DNA from: Octopus vulgaris
Taxonomy: Eukaryota
Assembly: GCA_951406725.2 (NCBI GenBank)
Contig: OX597814.1
Span: 46,314,001-46,378,000, forward strand
Direction: 5' to 3'
DNA length: 64,000 nucleotides
Below the pieces are notes generated by a model that made no database searches, had not been told where the DNA came from, and saw nothing but the letters and a program-made list of their open reading frames with translations. The translations under genes and the position numbers were made by a program. Below are positions 27,001 through 37,280 of the stretch, one piece after another; position 1 is the first letter of the stretch; each line of letters opens with the position of its first letter.

Positions 27001-27279
27001 GGAAAAGAACAAGAAAAAAGTCTCCTACCAAAAGGTTGCGGGGGGGGGGGGCAGACAGACAAACAGACAGGAAAGGAAGTAAGAAAAAGTTATTTTAAAA
27101 TTATTATTGATAATAAAACAAATCAAGAATTATTTAATACTTTCTTTTCTCTCATTTACACCTCCTAACCTTTGCTATTATTTCTCAGCTTTTAATTCTA
27201 TTTGGCATTTTTCTAAACAAAATGTGTATCCAAATTTGTCAAAAGTATATTTCTTATTCATTTGAATATTATTTTACAG

Positions 27280-27363
27280 TTATTATCCGTTTTGGAATCA
27301 GTTCTTAGTAAACTTGCCCGCTATGATGAAGGAACATTCTTTTCATCTATTCTATCACTTACG
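27280..27363 (+). CDS. CADPS: CADPS coding exon E (84 nt, phase 0-0)
   Basis: Acceptor attttacag and donor ACG|gtaagt. Encodes LLSVLESVLSKLARYDEGTFFSSILSLT, containing the conserved KL.RYDEG motif. Confidence 0.96.
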
Positions 27364-27807
27364 GTAAGTTATTAGTATTTAAAACTATGTTATCAGATTT
27401 ATGCAATATTCTAAAATAAGCTTCAGTTGAATTTTTATGAGTCTTTATTTTTAAGGTAGAGGATACATACCTTTTACAAGTGTTTAAAATTGTTAATTAT
27501 CTATTAAAAAAAAAAGATATCAAAAGCCTTTGCTTTTTAATTAACTCCCTTTGCTAAATGTCTAGTTGTTTCCCTTCCCTACTGAAATTAGAACTGAAGC
27601 ACCATCATTATTTTGATGATAGTTGCTATAAAGTAAAAAATCTGCTGTTATTTCTTCTGCTGAAAAATTTGGTAGCTAATAAAAAAACCAAACATAAGAT
27701 TTTCATTTTTTTTAAATGAATTAAATGTTAACAATAAAGAATATATGTAAGAAAATATCTTTTTTAAAGTTTTAATGTTTATATTGCTATATCTGTAATT
27801 TTTTTAG

Positions 27808-27915
27808 AAACCTGTGAATGAACTTGGAAAAGCTTATGTTGATTTTATGCGAGGCAATTTAGAGCAATTAAGACAAAGACTCGCTGATGAATTATTGACA
27901 CTTAATATATTCGAG
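27808..27915 (+). CDS. CADPS: CADPS coding exon F (108 nt, phase 0-0)
   Basis: Acceptor aatttttttag and donor GAG|gtaagt. Encodes KPVNELGKAYVDFMRGNLEQLRQRLADELLTLNIFE. Confidence 0.93.
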
Positions 27916-28072
27916 GTAAGTGAACTGAGTCCTTACTTTTTCTTCATAGTAAATTATATAAGAACCAGAGCTTTGCTTTGAAATAAGGATGTTTCCAGTT
28001 GAAGCTGGCCCTCCCATACCCATCAATATATAGATAAATAGTAATTTTTATTTTATGGATAGATATTACTCT

Positions 28073-28530
28073 GCTGGTACCACATTGTGTGAGTTCCACA
28101 TTGTACTGGTGCCATGTAAAAAGCACCCATTATGCTCTGTAAAGTGGTTGGCATTAGTAAGAGCATCCAGCCAGAGAAATCATGCCAAAATAGACACATG
28201 GTGTCTGGTGTAGCTCTCCAGCTTGCCAGCTCCTGTCAGACCGTCCAACCCATGCCAGCATGGAAAACAGTCATTAAATGATGATGATGATGACATTGAA
28301 AAGAAATCAAGAAACCACCAGTGTCACACAAATGGCACCCATGCCGGTGGCATGTAAAAGCACCCATTACACACTTGGAGTGGTTGGTGTTTAGAAGAGC
28401 ATCCAGCCATAGAAAACCATGCCAAATCAGACTGGAGTCTGGTGCAGCCTTCCAGTTTACCAGCCCACGTCAAACCATACAACCCATGCCAGCATGGACA
28501 ACAGACGTTAAATAATGATGATGATGATAA
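28073..28530 (+). mobile_element. Two tandem RTE-LINE 3'-tail fragments in + orientation
   Basis: ...CAACCCATGCCAGCATGGAAAACAGTCATTAAA(TGA)n ends at about 28294, and a second copy ends at about 28530. Both are the reverse complement of the 26171-27000 copies. Confidence 0.78.
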
Positions 28531-28636
28531 TCACAATAAATTTCTTCTTTCAAGATTGTTGGATATGCAGTGAAACCATTCAATAAAATATCTGGTTTTG
28601 TATCTGAGCCATCACATATTAATTGAATAGCTTTAA

Positions 28637-29143
28637 CCCTTAGACATTGGACATCATCAACTAATATTTCAAAAATTTTATATGGTTACAGCCATCATCA
28701 ATTTATTCCCAAGCAACTACATCAAATGTGCCTCAGTGTGAGCATGAGAAATCAAGTCGCAAATGGAAGATTCCTTGAATGATGAAGTTTTTTCTGACTT
28801 TCCTCCATCTTCAGATGAGGTAGATGATGATGATGAAGAAAGTGATGCATTAATTTGTTCTGAATGGGGAAAAGAGCACTGATTTTTCTCCAATTGTACA
28901 TTTGTTTGACAACAACATGGAAAACTCTGATGAATTTATGTTCACTCTATTTAATGGTACTTTTTGATAATGTGATTGTAAATTTTATTGTAGAAGAGAC
29001 TAATAATTATTGAAGTTTTTGTACATATTTAAAGTGAAAATACCTATAAAAATTACTCTTAAAAAAATGTTTTGTCCATTTGTTTAAATGTTTTTGGCCA
29101 TTTGGCACTCATATTCATGCAGCCCTTTTCCACTGTTTAAGGA
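28637..29143 (+). mobile_element. piggyBac internal-deletion derivative, about 507 bp
   Basis: TTAA|CCCTTAGACATTGG...CCACTGTTTAAGGA|TTAA gives a 14-bp TIR with 3 mismatches and a TTAA TSD. Inside are acidic SDFPPSSDEVDDDDEESD and LFDNVIVNFIVEETNNY, typical of the piggyBac transposase N-terminus. Confidence 0.75.
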
Positions 29144-29537
29144 TTAAAATAGTACATATATTATATTTTCTTAACCTATAATATGCATTATTTCTTTTTA
29201 ATACATAAATTTAAGTAAATAAAACTAATTTTAGCTTAGAAATGTGATAACTAAAAATCTCCTCTTTATTGAGTAAATGACTCTGAAATAGGTAAGTATC
29301 TCTAATGGGTAAGTAACTCTGAAATATTTGCAGTTGATATTCGTTCAAATATAAATTACAATTAACTTTAAATTTCACAAAAGAAGCAACATTAGGTACA
29401 GATAACAGAGCACAATTTGCAAACTTGCTTAATTTATGTTAGCTTTAAAAATATGAAAGATAGAGAAACTTGCATAATTTACAGTTTACTTTGAAATGTA
29501 TTCATTTTGCTCAATAAATATAAATGTTCTGTTACAG

Positions 29538-29642
29538 CAATGGTATACTGGACAAACTAAGTTGATATGTGATTGGCTCACTGAACGGTTAGATTTGAGC
29601 CTTCATCCATACCAGTTAACATGCATAATGAATATAAACAAG
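29538..29642 (+). CDS. CADPS: CADPS coding exon G (105 nt, phase 0-0)
   Basis: Acceptor ttctgttacag and donor AAG|gtatgc. Encodes QWYTGQTKLICDWLTERLDLSLHPYQLTCIMNINK (CAPS QWY.....IC.WLT.R.D..LH.YQL). Confidence 0.96.
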
Positions 29643-29778
29643 GTATGCAGTGTAACTCTTGGAATATATTAATTTAAATTTTAAAATTTATTGTTTTTAA
29701 AATAACTTTAATCCTCTTAAACATTTTGATAGACCTAGCCAAAAAATATAAATTTCTCTTACAGAGGAGCTTCATTTT

Positions 29779-29844
29779 AATGCATATCCTCTATAATGCA
29801 TTTAATTATAGAGGAAATGCAATGCATTATAGAGGATATGCATT
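29779..29844. repeat. Perfect 24-bp inverted repeat with an 18-nt spacer
   Basis: AATGCATATCCTCTATAATGCATT (29779-29802) and AATGCATTATAGAGGATATGCATT (29821-29844). Confidence 0.95.
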
Positions 29845-30504
29845 TTAATGAAATATAGTGTTTAAGCTTCTTTAATGTATTCTTGATGCATATTCAAAAA
29901 TAAATATCTTTGATTAGAGACTCACTAAAGAGCAATAATATTGGTGTGCGCAATTATATTTAACATCTTTTCATGCACTCATGACAAAGATCTTTCCATG
30001 CTTGGATGTACATGTTCTGTTACATACAATTGTACTCACCTATATAAATATCCTAAGAATTGGTTATGATTATTTGAATCAGAACCAAAATGTTCAACAA
30101 TTCTTTCTGTCTTTAGAAATTTAATGAATTATATTTAGTGAATACTTAATTTTTTATAACTGTTTTATACTTTTAAATTTTTTTTTCAAATATTAAGTAT
30201 TTTTGTTCACCTCATTTGCACAAGCTGCTAAAATCATTCCTTTTTTTTTACCAAATTGAAAACTTTTACATCCAAACTAAATTTTTAAGATTGGTTCAAT
30301 TAGTTGACTTATGATTATTTAGTATCAAACATTTTAAAATAACAATAACTTGCATTCCTTTATTATAAAATTTAAAGCTTTGATCAATAATATTACTTTT
30401 ATATTATAAATTAATATTGTGATAAAGTTATGGAATGGAATAATGGTCATATGTATTAACAAATAATAGTCCTAAAGTCTCTCAATTTCGAATCAATAAA
30501 GACA

Positions 30505-30840
30505 TCTTATTTCATTTCATCTTTTTTGCCCACTTAGTCCTAGGAGTATCATGGAAGCATAGTCCTCAAGCATATCTTCCATTAGTTCCTTCAGAAAGTC
30601 TCCGTTTGATATAGCTGGATCCCTACGCAAAATCAACTGAGCTCATGGATGTTATCCAACCTGCTTACTCTTGGTTTACCCTTGGGTCTCCTGCTAGTTG
30701 ATTTTGCATATAAAACCTGTCCAGTGATTCTTTCCCAAAACATTCTTATCATGTGTCCATAATATCACACCTGTAATCTCTAAATTCAGAGGAGTAGCGG
30801 CTCTACCTGGAGCACCCCTCTGATCGGAGGAACCCCATTT
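30505..30840 (-). mobile_element. RTE-like LINE 3' fragment
   Basis: The minus strand reads VLYAKSTSRRPKGKPRVSRLDNI, resembling the RTE C-terminal R.RGRPR.RW.D.I motif. Confidence 0.5.
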
Positions 30841-31266
30841 GATATATAATGTAATACATTGTATATCTGATAAAGATATACAATATATAATATTATCATG
30901 CATATTACCCCAAATGGTTTCTAATATTAGCTAAAAGTTGTTGTTTTTTTAAATGATATACTGATGCTATGGGGTTTTCTTACATATATTTAATTATATA
31001 TGTACATTAAATATATAATGAAATTATTGTATAAACTTTAATTCAATTTGAAATACCTTTATTAGCTCATCATTTTGGGGTAGGAGGAATTGTTAAATAT
31101 AAATAAATGGAATTTGAAACTTTAGAAACTAATGCTAGATAAACATTTGATAAGATTCTCAAAATAGTTATGTAATAAAATTTCTATATATGTCATATTT
31201 ATAAAAGAAGAATTGTTTTTCATTTTTCAATTTGAAAGACTTATGTCTAATTTTATTATTTTTTAG

Positions 31267-31353
31267 AAATACTATTCAGATTTTGAACTGCAAGGTGTAC
31301 CAGAAACAACTCTCAATAGTAAAACATATCAAACTATATGCAGTCGGCTCCAG
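31267..31353 (+). CDS. CADPS: CADPS coding exon H (87 nt, phase 0-0)
   Basis: Acceptor ttattttttag and donor CAG|gtaaat. Encodes KYYSDFELQGVPETTLNSKTYQTICSRLQ (CAPS K.Y.DF.LQGV...TLNSKTY.TI..RL). Confidence 0.96.
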
Positions 31354-31823
31354 GTAAATGATAACTTTATAACATGCAATTTATTTATGAATATGAATGA
31401 GCTTAATTGCTCATATCAAATCTTCTAGTTATTTGAATGGTATCAAATCTCCTTCTTGCATTTCATAGCTTAAGAAACATTAATTGCTCCAACTCTTTGA
31501 ATCCATGAATACTCTTTAGCAAGTGCAATTTTGTTTAACTATACCCCTGGAAGACACAAAAGCGGACAGTCACATGGTGTTGTGTTTATTATTGAAAATA
31601 ATGATGTTTCTACCAATTAACAATTGTTAACACAAAACCATGTGGTCACTCACTTTTGCATCTTCCAGGACTATAGTCAAGCAAATAGTGCCTGCTAAAG
31701 TGTTCTTACAGGTTCAGAGGGCTAATGGCATATCTACAGTATGCTGGATTAGCCATCAATTAGGTAAACAAGCTAGTAGCCATCATCTTTTGTCATTTCA
31801 AATGGCTGAAAGGAAAGGATTAA

Positions 31824-31998
31824 CCCTTTAGTTACCAATCTGCCAGAAGCTACTTCTGGTTCTATGATTAAAAAAAAAAACTTCCTGTTTAAAACTGACT
31901 TAAAGAAAAACCTTCCATCAAAAATTCATGTTGATTTATTTTCAAGATTAATTGAAATAAAGGAATATATTTCAACAGATATATGATAACAAAAAAGG
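31824..31998. mobile_element. Short TTAA-flanked (piggyBac-type) MITE
   Basis: TTAA|CCCTTTAGTTACCA...TGATAACAAAAAAGG|TTAA. A related degenerate copy appears at about 17000-17185. Confidence 0.6.
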
Positions 31999-32279
31999 TT
32001 AAAAAGATAAACACAAATTTAAAGTAGAATTAAAAACCACTTTTCCCTTTCTGTTTACAGCCATCAGTTCTGATTCCTTTTAAATGTTATCTTTACCATC
32101 AACAGAACACAATTTACTTCTTTTGACTTCCAACAGACACAATGACTTTCAGAGTTAGTTAATAACTGGGTTATGCTCTGTACAAGAATACTATGACCAT
32201 AGTATTTCTACTCTCATTTACTCTTAAAGTACAAGCAATGCTAAGAAAATTTGTTCAATATTCTGAGACTTAGTTTTTT

Positions 32280-32480
32280 TGTTTGAAGAAGCCTGGATGA
32301 CACTGGTGTCATTTAATTAAATCACCCCTAATATTTGGCTAATACTATATTCTATTGATCATGGAAAGATGAAAAACAAAGCTGAATTGAACAGAATTTG
32401 AACAAAGCATCCAAAAGCTGGAACAAATACAACAAAGTATTTGGTCAAATGTTTTTAAAATTCTGCCATTCCACTACCTA
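32280..32480 (-). mobile_element. Degenerate SINE, same family as 43365-43580
   Basis: GAAAGATGAAAAACAAAGCTGAATTGAACAGAATTTGAAC...ATTCTGCCA is reverse-complement-like to the 43365 copy. Confidence 0.5.
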
Positions 32481-32499
32481 GAAATTAAGTCAATTTGCT

Positions 32500-34190
32500 A
32501 AACTTGTCAAGAAAACTACATTGGTACACATTCCTTTAGGCTACAGAATAGAGTACATTCCTATTCTCTTTGAAGAATTAGTTATTCTCTATGATACCAT
32601 TATGTTTAAAATGTGTCCATTCTCAAAAGAAACAACCTTTATCAATAAAAAGATGACTCCCTTCCAAGAGTTCCAAATAACCTGAACACATCATATCTCC
32701 ATATATATAAATATATCAAAGAACAAGAAGATATGGTTTCTAATTCATAATTCTCAAGGTTAATATTAAAGTCCAAAAGCCTCAACAACCAAAGGTCAAT
32801 GCAAAACAAATTGATCTTGAATGAGAAAAGTACGAAGTACCAAGTTAAACTGTAACAAGTACAGTGATAGCTCCTGGTTACACCAGTTCACTAACCATGG
32901 AAGAACTGGAGACTGCTATTTTATGTCTTAAATCCAGAAAGACAATTAGTTTAGATGACATTGCAATTAAACAGATCAAGTATTTTGAACCCGAGACAAA
33001 GGAGTGGCTTCTACAGCTGTATAGTCATTGTCTGACAGTATATGAACTCCCTAAGATCTAGAAGAAGGTTTATGTGAGTGATACTGCTGAAACTTGGGAA
33101 GAATATATACTACAGACCAGTCTTGCTTCCCAATCGCACCTGCAAGCTTTTTAAGCACCTAGTCCTTAATAGAAAAGTACCAGCAATGGATGGATGTCAC
33201 ATCTCTGAGATGACATTAGCAAGATTTGTTTTGGGAAATCAATAGGCTGAGAATGCAACCTCACTCAGCACCACATTAAGAATGATTTTGGAAAAAGAGA
33301 TGGTAACTGGTATGGTGCTTGTTGACTTTTCTGCAGCTTATTGCAGTCAGTAATAGATGTTTGCTTGGCAAAATACTGGAGACTATAATGGGTATCTCAC
33401 CTACCTAAAAAGTAAATTGAATGCTTGCTGGAGAACAAGATATTTCTTGTGGAGTTTGGATGTATGAAGAATGGTTTACCTTAAGACAACAGGATTTTTT
33501 TTTGTGTGGTATTGAGTCATAAAGGAAGTAGGTGTTGTAGATTGAAGAATAGCCAACCTCAGGGGAGCATGCTTTTGTCTATGCTTTCCAATAATCAACC
33601 AAAAATTGATGATGTGTACTGATTTGTGTTATGCTGATAATCTGTGAATTGCTGCACAAGATATAGATTTCTCAATAGTCCAATAGTGAAAGAAAGACTG
33701 ACAAACTTCCTCATTCAGCTAATGCCATAATATTAAAAAAATTACTCTGTGCCAAACCATCTATAATACTGAGTATTTAGTACAATCCATCTAAGATATA
33801 AGTGTTTGCCTTCTGTTTGAGAAACAGTGAAGCAAAGCACCAAGTAATATTGGTTAAGAACATTTCTTTTGAGAACTGAAAACCCAGTTTATGTAAGTCT
33901 TATTTTTCATTGCTGTCTCAACTTGAAAACATCATCAGCAAACTTACACGTACATGATGGAGTAAAAGTGCTCATAGTTCAACTAACCTAGATGTTTCCT
34001 GCTCCACAGCTGAATATACTACCTCAATATGTAATAGATCTACCCATGCTAATAAGTATTGTGCTTCCTGTCAACTGATCACAAATTATCTTAGACATAC
34101 AACTACTGACAGTCTCTATATTATGACAAGCATAGCTTCACCAGTCATTGGCAACCAATATGAAGGAGCCTTATAGCACCAAATTGATGA
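32500..34190 (+). mobile_element. Degenerate I-group (Ingi/Vingi-like) LINE reverse transcriptase relic
   Basis: Remnants include TMEELETAILCLKSRKTISLDDIAIKQIK...WLLQLYSHCL..YELPKI, TGMVLVDFSAAY, LKNSQPQGSMLL, YAD and CSTAEY. There are many stops and frameshifts. The subclade call is tentative. Confidence 0.7.
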
Positions 34191-34591
34191 ATTGCATCCT
34201 ATGTTTAACCAAACAATCGCTAATTTTCATTTCCTTTATTCAGACAGCTTTCTTTGCAGCTTCCCTTTCTTTCTTCTCTATTACTTAGTGTGGTTTATGA
34301 TTTTAGAAATCAAAATATATATTTCAAAATTTAGACTAAAAGCAATTGGTTTGTCTTCTATAGCCTACTTTAATTCCACTTGAAATGTTTAAAGTGTCAA
34401 AGAAATGCTAAAAAGTGATATCATTGCTTTATTTTCATTCTGTCATGTTTATATTGGTTTTCTGTAATATAATTCACTTTTGCAGCCATTGTTAAGATTC
34501 TGATTACTGAATCATCATCATTTAATGTAAATTTTTCCACTTAAAAAAAAAAAAACATCAGATATATCTTTATTATTTGTTTATTTATCAG

Positions 34592-34678
34592 GTGGAGGAG
34601 GCCACTCAGTCCGTAACCCAGTCAGACAGTGGACTGCGAGGACGTTTTATGACAAGTGGAGAAGAAGAATCTGACTAA
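34592..34678 (+). CDS. CADPS: CADPS terminal coding exon I with stop codon
   Basis: Acceptor tttatttatcag. Encodes VEEATQSVTQSDSGLRGRFMTSGEEESD then TAA, matching the CAPS VEEAT..V motif and acidic tail. Confidence 0.94.
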   Translation: MEEATQSVTQSDSGLRGRFMTSGEEESD

Positions 34679-35164
34679 ACAAATATTAAATGGAGATCGT
34701 GTTTTGATATACATTTCTATTATAACATCATTCCTTAAAGATACTACAGTTTTTAGTCTTTAATTTAATACAAAACTAGCATTTGGGCAGTTGTTTTTCT
34801 GCCAACCAAATAGCAGTATCCACAACTGATACTGTCTTTCTGTTTGTATCAGCACTAGATCCAGTGTAAGTTGTTTCACATTCTGGTATGCATGCTTGCT
34901 ACATGAGTTTTTGTGCAACAGAACCCAAGAATTTATCTATAGAGTTACGTCTTTCATTCATTGATTTCTGTAAGAAATATTTGCAATTCCAATATTTCAT
35001 TGTTTTTTTTTTATTATTTTAATACTGATTTCTTTTCATGATTGGCATGATAGTGTTCATCCATATTACCTTTCTACTGGAACTAAAATTATATAATAGT
35101 ATTGTTGTACTAGTAGTAGGTGGTATTAAACTTTTATACCTAACCACTTATCCCTGGTTCTACT

Positions 35165-35170
35165 AATAAA
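35165..35170 (+). promoter_or_regulatory. First AATAAA downstream of the CADPS stop; candidate proximal poly(A) signal
   Basis: Hexamer about 490 nt after the stop. The region is very AT-rich, so a chance occurrence is likely. Confidence 0.25.
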
Positions 35171-37224
35171 TGAGCTTTTGGAAATTTTTGATATAATATC
35201 ACTACTTTGTTCGACTAAAATGATGAATCCTGTAACAACCATCTGTGAGCCTCTCTGCAGTTCAATCATTTGCAGCATCTTTTCATACTGAACAAAGTAG
35301 TGATCATTAATATTCATATGGCTATAAATGATGCAATAATGCTAAAATTAATTGTACCTAAGATATAAAAAATCTTCAGGTATCATTACTTCACTATGAA
35401 AAGTGAAATGTCCTTTGTAGATTCATTTTATTACTTTTATCTCAAAGCTCATTGATCCAGCTGTTGAGGCATTTTCCTCTTTTTTTTTAATATACATTAT
35501 TTTATGATGAGCTTAATGTTGTGTAAATTTAGCTATTTTAATATGAGCTTTCAAATTCATTAAAACTTTAATAGAAATAGATCCTTATAGCCTTCAAATG
35601 TTTTCCAGGAATTTTGCTCCTTTATTTTCTAATTATTAAACTTTGAAATGAATTTCAATTTTATACTATCTCACTAGATACCATATCATAAAGCAATACT
35701 AAATAGTATAACTAGGAGTTATGTCAATCTTTTCTTATTTGTTAAGATTTTATATTTAGGTGATTTCTATACTACATCACCTCCAATATTTCTACTAGCT
35801 CTTGCCTTTTGACAATTAGTCTCTTGCTGATTACTAAATAACTTCTTAACTAAAATAAAGGGAAATCTTTGTAATACATTAGTTTACAAACTTTTTTAAA
35901 ATTATAAACATAACTGTTATTAGTTATGTTCATATTTTACTGCCTGTTATTGGTTTCATTTTTATAGTGTGTAATTTTATTTCTTTGGGGGTTTTCCAAT
36001 GATTAATTTGAAGATTTATTCCAAGGAGAAATGTTCATGAGATGTGCATGTTAAAGTGTTCTTTTTTTCAATAATGATTGACTAAATACATTCCATATTT
36101 ACAAATTTATGCTGTAAGTTGATTAATTCTTGCATTATATATTACTGAATATATATTCATGTTGTAAAGTTGTTTGGAATGCATGCAAACACTGTTACAA
36201 AAATTACCTGTTGTTACTTATACAAAATAACCAAATAGGAGAATTTTATTTGTATTTTGCATGCAAGACACCATTATATAATTTTTCTTTAATTAAAAAT
36301 TGAAGTTTTAATACTTTTTTTTAATATTGAAATTAAATAATTTAAAATTGTTTCTTGATATTGTTTTGGTTTCACTACCTAAAATATATATTATTTTATA
36401 ACTTTAAGACTTAAATCATAGTTCCTAGAAATAACGAGTAGATTAGAATAGATTTATTTGAGAAACAATCAATTAGTACTGGGGTTGTATAGTTACAGAT
36501 AACTCTCAATAATCTGAACATTTACTTTATGAAGAGTTTTAATCTATCAAATCTTAAAATAGGAAATTGATATTTTTTGTCTAATTTTATTCCTTTAGAA
36601 ATAAAATGATCTCAGCTTTCTAAACTTTGATATTTATTTATCTTAAATAATGACTACTTTCCAACCCTATTCTTAAATGTAGGTTTCTTTATTTTTTTAT
36701 CATTATATATGTTCTAATTATATTTGCTCAGTAAACCTAAATATATTGCCACTTCTTTCTAAATTTCATTTTCTTTAATCATCTTATTAATGTTTTTCAT
36801 GCTATTTTAGCATCAATTTATCTAAGCTTAATATATGATTAAAACAACTTAAAATTTAAGAATTTAAATACATTTATTCAATTAAGTATATACAAAATGG
36901 AAAGAAATTGATACTTTCTGTGTTTGATCAGCAACAATAAAAATAGTTGTTCTCATAATCATCATTGTAAACCTATCACAACTGCAGCTATCACTTTTCA
37001 ACTATGACATTTAGCAATAATAATGATAGCTATTTTATAATAATGATGGTGATGATGATGATGATGATGATAACAATTATAACAGTAACATTACCACCAG
37101 CAATAATATATTAATCATGATCTAAATTTGAAGACCAATTCGTGCTTAATAATATAATCAGTTTAATATAATCAGTTTAATAATATGATCAGTATAAAGT
37201 AATTTAGCTTAGTGTTAATTAGGA

Positions 37225-37280
37225 ATAATTATAATAATAATAATAATAATAATAATAGTAATAATAATAATAATAATAAT
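37225..37280. repeat. (AAT)n microsatellite; (GAT)n at about 37043-37070
   Basis: Read directly from the sequence. Confidence 0.9.

Noticed and set aside
23769-27098. Cluster of overlapping 60-139 aa ORFs
   Set aside because: They are translations of microsatellites (YIYI, HTHT, SLSL) and RTE-tail repeats. Only exon D is real.
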